A stretch of 64,000 nt of DNA from Bacteroidales bacterium (GTDB taxonomy: Bacteria > Bacteroidota > Bacteroidia > Bacteroidales > VadinHA17): the NCBI GenBank assembly GCA_046329875.1, contig JAXLTT010000005.1, forward strand, positions 64,507 through 128,506, in the 5' to 3' direction. The translations under genes were made by a program, and so were the position numbers. Numbering within the stretch: the first letter of the stretch is position 1; every line of letters starts with the position of its first letter. Positions 9,645 to 17,636 of this stretch are shown in pieces. Under the pieces are notes generated by a model. It searched no databases. It saw only the letters and a list, made by a program, of their open reading frames with translations, and was not told where the DNA came from.

Positions 9645-9759
9645 TCTTAGATTAGAACCAATCTAAATATGCTCAGACCATGAGTCTGGAGACAGCATAC
9701 AGTCTTTAATTCTTTGTTTTTATTATGTTTTTTCCTTACTTGCCGGCAAATTCATTTAT

Positions 9760-10008
9760 ATGAGCGATAACAGGATGATGGATCAGGTAACGGCTGTATT
9801 CGGGCTGTTTATGACTGTTTTTTATATCGGGATAGGCATCTATATAGCTTTCATTGTTGAGCTCAATATGGATAAGACGCTAAAGTCTTTTTTCGGGATA
9901 ATGATGATCCTTTACGGAATTTACAGGGGATTCAGAACTTTCCAGAAATTCAGGGAATCATTCTCCCGGAGAGGAAGATATGAAAATGATTTCAGGAACA
10001 AAGATTAA
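9760..10008 (+). CDS. small two-TM membrane protein (hypothetical)
   Basis: 82-aa ORF with two hydrophobic helices and a basic C-terminal tail. It sits directly upstream of the PstS-like/Ton cluster. Confidence 0.45.
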   Translation: MSDNRMMDQVTAVFGLFMTVFYIGIGIYIAFIVELNMDKTLKSFFGIMMILYGIYRGFRTFQKFRESFSRRGRYENDFRNKD

Positions 10009-10057
10009 TTGATTTGCGCAATATGGTTGGCATATACTTTGCTGTTACAGGTTTAAG

Positions 10058-11116
10058 ATGTTAAACTTCGAAAAAATTATGAATATGAGCAGAGTATTTT
10101 TTACGCAAAATTTTAGTATTATTGCGAGCCGTGTTAAAAGTTTTCACTTTAGCGGCTTTACTGGAACCATCGGGGAATTTAAATTGAGGAACTTAACTTA
10201 TATATTGCTTGCCGGGCTTTTTATTTCCCTTGCATCATGCACGGGTGGAGGCTCTGCACCCAAGGAGACTCCCACCAGCGGGAACATAAAGATCCTCGTT
10301 GATGAATCGTTCAAACCACTTATCGAAACCGAGGTGAGTACTTTTATGGGCCTTTATATGAATGCCAGTATAAAGCCAGTATTTAAACCTGAGGTTGATG
10401 TGGTAAACGATTTCATGGCCGACTCCTCGCAGGTAATGATAACAACCTGGAAACTTACAGAAGACCAGATTAAATATCTTCGCGACACACTTATTTACCC
10501 CCGCACAGCAACATTTGCATGGGATGCCATTGCACTGGTTATAAATAAGGATAATCCTGACTCACTTCTCACATTTGATGAGGTTAAGGATATTTTCAAA
10601 GGAAGGATCACCGACTGGAACCAGATTGACAAGAAGTCAAAGCTTGGCCAGGTGAGAGTTGTATTTGATAATCCAAGGTCGGGCAATATAAGGTACTTCA
10701 AGGACAGGTTTGATATAAAGGGCCAGCTGCCTGAAAATTTCTACGCTAAGAAATCCAATCCTGAAGTAATTGATTTCGTTGAAAACAATAAGGATGCCAT
10801 CGGTATTGTAAGTGCAAACTGGATCAGTGATAAGGATGATTCACTGAGCAGGGCTTTCACAAACAGGATTAAGGTTGTTGCAGTTTCTCAGCAATATTCT
10901 GATGAAGATGCGTTTTACAGGCCAAAGCAGGGCAATATTTATGATAAATCATACCCCTTCGTACGTGAGATTTATATAATTTCGAGGGAAACTTTCTGGG
11001 GCCTTGGTTCAGGTTTCATGAATTTTGCCTGTGCCGAGACTGGCCAGAGGATTGTGCTTAAATCAGGACTTGTACCTGCTACCATGCCTATAAGGCTGGT
11101 GCAGATAAAACATTAA
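10058..11116 (+). CDS. PstS-family periplasmic-binding-protein-like lipoprotein
   Basis: PBP type-2 fold impression (IKILVDESFKPL, DAIGIVSANWI). A lipobox signal MRNLTYILLAGLFISLASC results if translation starts at in-frame TTG 10184, so the true start is probably 10184 and not 10058. Confidence 0.65.
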   Translation: MLNFEKIMNMSRVFFTQNFSIIASRVKSFHFSGFTGTIGEFKLRNLTYILLAGLFISLASCTGGGSAPKETPTSGNIKILVDESFKPLIETEVSTFMGLYMNASIKPVFKPEVDVVNDFMADSSQVMITTWKLTEDQIKYLRDTLIYPRTATFAWDAIALVINKDNPDSLLTFDEVKDIFKGRITDWNQIDKKSKLGQVRVVFDNPRSGNIRYFKDRFDIKGQLPENFYAKKSNPEVIDFVENNKDAIGIVSANWISDKDDSLSRAFTNRIKVVAVSQQYSDEDAFYRPKQGNIYDKSYPFVREIYIISRETFWGLGSGFMNFACAETGQRIVLKSGLVPATMPIRLVQIKH

Positions 11117-11160
11117 AAGTAAAAAGGTAAAAGGTAAAAGGCAAAAGTGAAGAAGTTAAG
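11117..11160 (+). repeat. 7-nt periodic purine-rich tandem (AGGYAAA-like) immediately after the stop codon
   Basis: aagtaaa a aggtaaa aggtaaa aggcaaa agtgaag aagttaag. Confidence 0.7.
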
Positions 11161-11225
11161 AAAGAAATGAATAACCAATTTCAGGTAACATTATAAATAT
11201 AACTGGTAATATAAATTTAAAAATC

Positions 11226-13475
11226 ATGAAACGTTCGAGTTTAAAGTCGGGTCTGTTACTTACGGGAATGATGTTTATGATTCTCTTCGCTGGTAACAAA
11301 CTTGTTGGTCAGGATCTTAAATCCGCCATTCAGTTAACACGAAGTGAGGCTTATGATAAAGCAGGGGAAATGTTTTCCCAGCTGATTCAGAAAGAACCGG
11401 GTAACAGCAAGTATTATTTCTTTTACGGTGAGAATAAGCTCCAGGACTATTTTTCTGATACAATCTCCAACTCACTTCCAAATTTTGCAAAGGAAGCAAA
11501 GGAATTATATGATAAAGGTGTAAGCATCAATCCGAATGAGCCGCTAAACTATGTTGGTCTTGCAAAAGTTGCATTCTACCTTGGCGACAACAGTAAGGCA
11601 GAGGAAATGCGTAACAAGGCAAAGAGTTTTCTTCTTCCTTACAAGAGCATCAAGAAGATGACCCCTGCAGCACCGGATTATGCATATATCCTGGCAAAAA
11701 TTGCGGAATCTTATATATCAGCTACTTTCAAGGTTGATACCTCAAAAGCACTTCCGCTGCTGAGGCAGGCAATTTCGATTGATTCAAAGAATCCGGATAT
11801 CTATCTTATCGCCGGTGATATTTTCAACCTTAAAAATGACGGGTCCAATTCGATTAAGAATTATAACCTTGCCCAGGAATACAATCCCAACTCCCCTACT
11901 GCAAACATGAAGATCGGGAGTATCTATGTAAAAGCAAGGAACCTTTCCGCAGCTATACCTTATTTTGAACAGGCTATCTCCCTGAACGCTAATTATGCGC
12001 CGGCTTACAGGGAACTGGGAGCTCTCTATTCAATGGCAAGAAGGTATGAGGATGCAAAAAAATATTTTGAGAAATATCTTGAACTTACACAGGGTAACAT
12101 CCCTGCCAAAATCAGCTATGTACGTTCACTCTACTTTGCAGGTGAATACGACCAGGTTATCAAGAATATCGAGGATATCTTCAAGGTTGACCAGTCAAAA
12201 GCTTACCTGAACCGTCTTGCAGGTTTCTCAGCATATGAGAAAAAAGATGCTGATTACAACAAGGCTCTTATGTACATGGATAACCTCTTCAAGAATGTAT
12301 CCCCAGACCTTATTATAAAGAGAGACTATCTTTACCTTGCAAGAATACTTCTGAAAAAGAACCAGAATTATCCAAACCTTATTAAAGACAGGGATAAGCA
12401 GGGTGCACAGCTCGACAAGGACAAGGCAAAATACGCTTCTGCTCCGGCAGCCGAGAAGACAAAACTCAAACCGGGCCTTGACACTCTTACAGCAAGAGTC
12501 GGAAGACTTGACAAACAGATAGCAAATGCTGATAAGGATATTACAAGGGCATTCGGGGAATTCAACAAGGCACTGGCTTTCGATCCTGAAGATATGTCAG
12601 TACTCACTGAAATGGCAAATGCATACTATAACTACAAGAGGTATGATATGGCTGCAAAAACATGGTCAAAGCTTATTGCCCTTGGCAAGAATGAGCCGAA
12701 AGACTACATGCAGCTTGGCAGGTGGTACCTTAATGCTGAGAACTACAAATCAGCCGATTCAGTGTTCATGGATCTTATTGCAAAGAACCCAAAGCTTATT
12801 GAAGCTTATGTGTTTGATGCAAGGACTTACGCAAGGATGGAAGGCGATCCGAAAGTCGGGACAGCCAAACCAAAATTTGAAAAACTTCTCGATGTAGCTT
12901 CTGCTGACTCTGTAAAGAACGCTGAGGCTATTATGGAAGCACTGCAGTACCTTGGGTATAATAATATGTCGAATGAGAACTATGCAAAGGCAAAAGATTA
13001 TTACGCCAGGATGGTAACTCTTGATCCTTCAAACAAGGATTACAAGACCAGGGGTTATTCAGGTCTTGCACAGGTTGAGACAGCAGCTTCAACTAAGGAA
13101 AAGCAGTACGATGCAAAAGTACCTTACCTGAACAGGGCTGAAGAGAACTACAGCAAGATACTTGCTTATGACCCGAATAATGAAGGTGTAAAAAGTTCTA
13201 TCAAATACATTCAGGATTACAGGGCGCAGGTTATAAAAGGTATCAACCCGAATGAACTTAAAGGTGTCATCAAGAACGCTGCCGGTCAGCCGGTCGCAAA
13301 TGCATCGATAAGGGTTAAAGACACTGCCGCTGAGACCTACTCAAACGCAACTGGTGCCTTTAAATTTGAGATTCCTAAAGACTCAGAATCCCTGATTATA
13401 ACAGCACCGGGTTACAAAACCAAGGAGGTGCCGGTAACAAGGCCACTTAAGCCGATGACAATTACACTTGAATAA
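11226..13475 (+). CDS. TPR-repeat protein with a C-terminal carboxypeptidase-regulatory-like (CarboxypepD_reg) domain
   Basis: Signal-like N-terminus and many TPR-type repeats (YNLAQEY, AISLNANYAPAYRELG and others). The C-terminal GVIKNAAGQPVANASIRVKDT...APGYKTKEV is typical of the CarboxypepD_reg fold. Confidence 0.8.
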   Translation: MKRSSLKSGLLLTGMMFMILFAGNKLVGQDLKSAIQLTRSEAYDKAGEMFSQLIQKEPGNSKYYFFYGENKLQDYFSDTISNSLPNFAKEAKELYDKGVSINPNEPLNYVGLAKVAFYLGDNSKAEEMRNKAKSFLLPYKSIKKMTPAAPDYAYILAKIAESYISATFKVDTSKALPLLRQAISIDSKNPDIYLIAGDIFNLKNDGSNSIKNYNLAQEYNPNSPTANMKIGSIYVKARNLSAAIPYFEQAISLNANYAPAYRELGALYSMARRYEDAKKYFEKYLELTQGNIPAKISYVRSLYFAGEYDQVIKNIEDIFKVDQSKAYLNRLAGFSAYEKKDADYNKALMYMDNLFKNVSPDLIIKRDYLYLARILLKKNQNYPNLIKDRDKQGAQLDKDKAKYASAPAAEKTKLKPGLDTLTARVGRLDKQIANADKDITRAFGEFNKALAFDPEDMSVLTEMANAYYNYKRYDMAAKTWSKLIALGKNEPKDYMQLGRWYLNAENYKSADSVFMDLIAKNPKLIEAYVFDARTYARMEGDPKVGTAKPKFEKLLDVASADSVKNAEAIMEALQYLGYNNMSNENYAKAKDYYARMVTLDPSNKDYKTRGYSGLAQVETAASTKEKQYDAKVPYLNRAEENYSKILAYDPNNEGVKSSIKYIQDYRAQVIKGINPNELKGVIKNAAGQPVANASIRVKDTAAETYSNATGAFKFEIPKDSESLIITAPGYKTKEVPVTRPLKPMTITLE

Positions 13476-13615
13476 TATAGAGTTAATTAACAATTTTTAA
13501 TAACAGGTAATAGGGTTTACATAATAGTTAACGGTCTTATAAAGAGACCCTGACAAGTGCATAAGAGGTTGGATAACATTTAGACCCCTTAAGTTGGAAA
13601 ATTAAAATTCTGATT

Positions 13616-13623
13616 TATATTTG
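13616..13623 (+). promoter_or_regulatory. Bacteroidota-type -7 box (TATATTTG) for exbB
   Basis: Matches TAnnTTTG, 39 nt upstream of ATG 13663. Confidence 0.5.
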
Positions 13624-13662
13624 CAAACTGTAGAAATTCTTAACCTAAACAATAAATAAAAA

Positions 13663-14484
13663 ATGAGTAAACAAGGTACTTCTTTCAGAGACACGTTGCA
13701 GAATATATTTGCAACAAGCGCTATTTTAATAGCATTTATCGTTGCCTATATCCTTTTCACACAGGTAATGGGTAGTCCTGTTAACTTCAAGGGCGGAAAC
13801 ATCCATGGTGAACCGATTCAGGGTAACTATTTAGGTATCATTTATAAAGGTGGTGCTATCGTTCCTATTCTTATGACATGCGTTCTTTCGCTGATTATCT
13901 TCACATTCGAAAGGTTCTTCACCCTTTCAAGAGCTAAAGGTAAAGGCAGGCTTAACAGCTTTGTACGTAAACTCCAGGATCTTCTTGCAGAAGACAAGAT
14001 TGAAGAAGCAATGGAAGCTTGCGACAAACAGAAAGGTTCACTTGCAAACGTTATGAAAGCTGGTCTGGTTCGTTACCGTGACCTTCAGAAAGACAAGGAA
14101 CTTGAAAAAGATCAGAAGATCCTTTCTATCCAGAAAGCATTTGAAGAAGCTACAGCTCTTGAACTTCCGATGCTTGGCAGGAACATGGTTATCTTCTCAA
14201 CACTTGCATCGATCTCCGTTCTTATCGGTCTTATCGGAACAGTGCTTGGTATGATCAAGGCATTTGCTGCTCTTGCACAGTCTGGCGCACCCGATTCACT
14301 TGCTCTTGCAACCGGTATCTCCGAAGCTCTTGTTAACACAGCATTCGGTATCACGGGGTCAACCCTTTCAATTATCATGTACAACTATTTCTCATCAACA
14401 ATAGATAGCTATACATTTAAGATTGACGAAGCAGGTTTCAGTCTTACCCAGACATTTGCTGCTTCACTCAAGAGTGGCAACTAA
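13663..14484 (+). CDS. exbB: MotA/TolQ/ExbB proton-channel protein
   Basis: Three TM helices and the LIGLIGTVLGMIKAF signature, followed by exbD paralogs and tonB. Confidence 0.88.
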   Translation: MSKQGTSFRDTLQNIFATSAILIAFIVAYILFTQVMGSPVNFKGGNIHGEPIQGNYLGIIYKGGAIVPILMTCVLSLIIFTFERFFTLSRAKGKGRLNSFVRKLQDLLAEDKIEEAMEACDKQKGSLANVMKAGLVRYRDLQKDKELEKDQKILSIQKAFEEATALELPMLGRNMVIFSTLASISVLIGLIGTVLGMIKAFAALAQSGAPDSLALATGISEALVNTAFGITGSTLSIIMYNYFSSTIDSYTFKIDEAGFSLTQTFAASLKSGN

Positions 14485-14529
14485 GAACAGGATTTATCTT
14501 TTGGTTCAAAACAATTAAAAGAACAAACA

Positions 14530-15171
14530 ATGCCAAAGATTAAATTACCAACAAAGTCACCACATATCGACATGACGCCGATGGTGGACCTGTTCTCCCT
14601 GCTGCTTACATTCTTTATGCTCACAGGGACCTTCAGGCCACAGGAACCGGTTCCTGTTGATACGCCTTACTCTGTATCAGAAAAACCTACCAGCGACTTC
14701 AATAACTTTATTGTAGTTCTTTCAAAAGATGGTAAGGTATTCATCAATTTTGATAACGGTCCGGATACTCTTCTTAAGTACAGGGCAAAAGTTCTGGAAG
14801 AGATGGGTAAAGCATATAACATTGAATTCACCCCTGAGGAACTCAGAAAATTCGCAAAAGGTAACGAGTCATTCGGGTGCCCCATCGAAAAGATGAAGGA
14901 CTACCTGGCTGCAACTAACTTTGAGAAACGCTCTGAGCTCCAGAAGGATGGAATTCCCATCGACTCCACCAACAACCAGCTTTCAAACTGGGTCCTCTAC
15001 ATGAGGCAGGTTAACCCGCAGGTTAATGCAAGCATTAAAGGAGATGGTCTTACCGAGTATCCTGTTGTCAAGAAAGTGCTGGATATACTCCAGAATAAGA
15101 ATATCAACAGGTTTAACCTGGTCACGAACCTCGAGGCTGTTAAAGTAACGGAAGACAAAACACAGAAGTAA
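14530..15171 (+). CDS. exbD: ExbD/TolR biopolymer transport protein
   Basis: N-terminal IDMTPMVDLFSLLLTFFM motif. Confidence 0.85.
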   Translation: MPKIKLPTKSPHIDMTPMVDLFSLLLTFFMLTGTFRPQEPVPVDTPYSVSEKPTSDFNNFIVVLSKDGKVFINFDNGPDTLLKYRAKVLEEMGKAYNIEFTPEELRKFAKGNESFGCPIEKMKDYLAATNFEKRSELQKDGIPIDSTNNQLSNWVLYMRQVNPQVNASIKGDGLTEYPVVKKVLDILQNKNINRFNLVTNLEAVKVTEDKTQK

Positions 15172-15172
15172 C

Positions 15173-15844
15173 ATGGCAGAGATTATTCAAGAGGAAAAAC
15201 ACGAAGGTGGGAAGCGTAAGCCAAAGAAACACGGTACCCACATCGACATGACGCCAATGGTTGACCTTATGTGTCTTCTCATTACGTTCTTCATGCTCAC
15301 ACTGGCGTTCAGCAAGCCTAAAATAATGGAGATTGTACTACCTGAAAAACTGAAGAAGAATGAAAAGGTAGATGCTCCCAAGGCTGTTGGAAGCCGTACG
15401 ATAAACCTGATCCTAGGTCCGGAAAACAAAATCTATTACTACAACGGGAAAGCTGATGATCCAAAAACAGCTCCCCCGCTCCAGGTAGCAGATTTCAGCA
15501 GCGGACCCGGCGGTATCAGGGAGATGCTCCTTGAAAGGAACAAAGCCCTTTTCAAAAAGATCCAGCAGTTCCAGGACGACATTACATCAGGGAAGATTGT
15601 TATGCCCCGCGACTCTGTCACCCCTGCACTGAGGAAACTTAAGAATGATGATGATACAGGGCCTATTGTGCTTATAAAAGCTTATAAGACGTCGAACTAC
15701 GGTAATTTCGTCGATATTCTCGATGAGATGTCTATAATCGGTATAGCCCGTTATACCTTCATGGATATTAACTGGGTGGAAGAGAAAATGATCGAGGATA
15801 AACTCGGTATAGTTTCCACTACTACCCGGCCAAACCAGAGATAA
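15173..15844 (+). CDS. exbD: ExbD/TolR biopolymer transport protein (second paralog)
   Basis: IDMTPMVDLMCLLITFFM motif; starts 1 nt after the stop of the previous gene. Confidence 0.85.
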   Translation: MAEIIQEEKHEGGKRKPKKHGTHIDMTPMVDLMCLLITFFMLTLAFSKPKIMEIVLPEKLKKNEKVDAPKAVGSRTINLILGPENKIYYYNGKADDPKTAPPLQVADFSSGPGGIREMLLERNKALFKKIQQFQDDITSGKIVMPRDSVTPALRKLKNDDDTGPIVLIKAYKTSNYGNFVDILDEMSIIGIARYTFMDINWVEEKMIEDKLGIVSTTTRPNQR

Positions 15845-15862
15845 CCCATAAAAAACATTATT

Positions 15863-16639
15863 ATGGCAAAGGAAAAATACAATGCACCCTCGTTCGACGA
15901 CATAGTCTTCGAATTGAGGAACAAGGAATACGGCGCGTACAAGATTAGGAAGAGATACCACAGGAACCTTTTAATAGGTATGATTATAGGTGTTCTGGTT
16001 ATTGCAACTGCCGTAATCGCACCATACATCAACGCAAAGGTACTTGAGAACAAACAGAAAAAAGCCGAAAGGCAGGTACAGCTCCAGATGGAGAACCTCG
16101 ACCAGCCCCAGGAAACTGTTGCTCCTCCTCCTCCCCCTCCTCCACCTCCTGCTGAAACAGTAGCCCAGGTACGTTATGTCCCGCCGGTGATCGTTGACTC
16201 GATCAAACCGGAGGAAAACAAGCAGTTCATGACAGCCGACCAGGCAAGTGTTGAGGTTAAGAATACAGAGGTTACTGTTCAGGAAACAGTTCAGGAAGAG
16301 GTAAAGGAAGAAGAAGCTCCTACCGAAGTGTTCGTTGTGGTTGAAGAAATGCCGTCATTCCCGGGAGGTGACAAAGCCCTTATGGATTATATAAACAGCA
16401 ATATCAATTATCCTGAGATTGCAAAAGAAAATAACATACAGGGTAGAGTAATCCTGCGCTTCTGCGTTACCTACAAAGGTTCTGTAGACCAGGTTACTGT
16501 TCTTAAACCGGTTGACCCGGCTCTCGACAATGAAGCTATCAGAGTTATCAAATCACTTCCTCCATGGAAACCCGGTAAGCAGGGCGGAAAACCAGTTAAC
16601 GTCTGGTACAGCGTGCCTGTTACCTTCCAGCTGAAGTAA
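15863..16639 (+). CDS. tonB: TonB-family energy transducer
   Basis: N-terminal TM anchor, a proline-rich spacer (APPPPPPPPPAE), and a C-terminal TonB_C-type domain (MPSFPGGDKALMDYINSNINYPEIAKENNIQGRVILRF). Confidence 0.88.
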   Translation: MAKEKYNAPSFDDIVFELRNKEYGAYKIRKRYHRNLLIGMIIGVLVIATAVIAPYINAKVLENKQKKAERQVQLQMENLDQPQETVAPPPPPPPPPAETVAQVRYVPPVIVDSIKPEENKQFMTADQASVEVKNTEVTVQETVQEEVKEEEAPTEVFVVVEEMPSFPGGDKALMDYINSNINYPEIAKENNIQGRVILRFCVTYKGSVDQVTVLKPVDPALDNEAIRVIKSLPPWKPGKQGGKPVNVWYSVPVTFQLK

Positions 16640-16659
16640 CATGACTCCGACAATAAATA

Positions 16660-16689
16660 AAAAAGCTGCCCGCAAGGCAGCTTTTTTTA
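16660..16689. terminator. rho-independent-type hairpin between the convergent tonB and flx/hdr operons
   Basis: AAAAAGCTGCC-cgcaa-GGCAGCTTTTT, flanked by an A-run and a T-run, so it is usable on both strands. Confidence 0.7.
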
Positions 16690-16693
16690 TTTT

Positions 16694-16799
16694 GACCTCA
16701 CCCTAAATCCCTCTCCCAGGGGAGAGGGACTTAAAGAGCAAAATTGAAATATTATGAGCTCCCCTTCTCCCCCGGGAGAAGGGGCCGGGGGATGAGGTA
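16694..16799. repeat. inverted pair of REP-like GC-rich hairpin elements
   Basis: Copy A is gACCTCACCCtaaaTCCCTCTCCcaggGGAGAGGGAc (16694-16730). Copy B is CCCCTTCTCCcccgGGAGAAGGGGccGGGGGATGAGGTa (16761-16799). The reverse complement of B is co-linear with A. Confidence 0.75.
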
Positions 16800-17636
16800 T
16801 TAGTATTCGTCAGGCAGCTCTTTCAGCTGTGCAAGCGTGAACACCGGTCCATCCTTGCAAACATAAACCTTGCCCACGTTGCATCTTCCGCATTTACCGA
16901 AGCCGCACTTCATCCTGTTCTCAAGTGTAGTGTAAATATTGTTATCAGTGAAACCTAGCTTGTCAAGCACAGGGAAAGTGTATTTTATCATTACAGGCGG
17001 ACCGCAGACAATTGCTATAGTATCCTTTGATGATGGTGCAACTTTTTCTACTATTGTCGGAACAAAGCCAATCTCACCCTTCCAGTCAGGAGATTCCCCT
17101 CCGGGATCTACTGTTGTAATGAGTTTAACGTCCTTCATCTCTTCCCAGGCCTGGAGCTCGTGCTTGTACACAAGGTCTTTCACTGTCCTGGCACCATAGA
17201 TAATAGTTATATCCTTGAAATTTGACCTGAGGTCGAGTGCATTCCAGATTACGCATCTCATTGGAGGAAGAGCTATTCCACCTGCTATGAACAGTAGGCT
17301 TTTCCCTTTCCATTCATCAATAGGAAAGATATTTCCGTAAGGACCCCTGAATCCGACAATGCTACCCTCCTCGCAACCCGCCAATGCGTTTGTTACCCTT
17401 CCTGTCTGGCGGAATGTACATTCTATGTAACCTTTCCTTGTAGGGGAAGATGCAATGCAGAAGGTCGACTCACCTACCCCGAACACGGAATATTCGCCGA
17501 ACTGACCTGCCTTGAAATCAAACTTTTCAGCATCGGCTTCATTGACAAATTTCAGCATAAAGGTCTTCACACCGGGCGCTTCATAGGTCACCCTTTCGAT
17601 CCTCATCTGGTATGGTGTGTAAATATTGTCGGTCAT
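16800..17636 (-). CDS. FAD/NAD(P)-binding oxidoreductase with a C-terminal [2Fe-2S] motif (FlxA-like / sulfhydrogenase gamma / AsrB-like)
   Basis: Ferredoxin-reductase-type layout (GQFGEYSVFG, LLFIAGGIALPP) with a C-terminal CGFGKCGRCNV...C cluster motif. The start overlaps the stop of the upstream gene. Confidence 0.8.
   Translation of the reverse strand: MTDNIYTPYQMRIERVTYEAPGVKTFMLKFVNEADAEKFDFKAGQFGEYSVFGVGESTFCIASSPTRKGYIECTFRQTGRVTNALAGCEEGSIVGFRGPYGNIFPIDEWKGKSLLFIAGGIALPPMRCVIWNALDLRSNFKDITIIYGARTVKDLVYKHELQAWEEMKDVKLITTVDPGGESPDWKGEIGFVPTIVEKVAPSSKDTIAIVCGPPVMIKYTFPVLDKLGFTDNNIYTTLENRMKCGFGKCGRCNVGKVYVCKDGPVFTLAQLKELPDEY

Noticed and set aside
9361-9666. Three overlapping ORFs (101, 89 and 89 aa, on both strands) in the queA-downstream spacer. 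One frame has a G-x-y, collagen-like look (TGKTGTTGTT).
   Set aside because: They stay open only because the 9-bp tandem repeat has a period divisible by three. The translations are pure repeat artefacts (DWQDLQ..., PVVPVV...) with no start context.
10058-10183. 42-aa N-terminal extension of the PstS-like protein.
   Set aside because: The lipobox signal peptide only makes sense if translation starts at in-frame TTG 10184. The full ORF is retained in the feature list, with a note, because the start is unverified.
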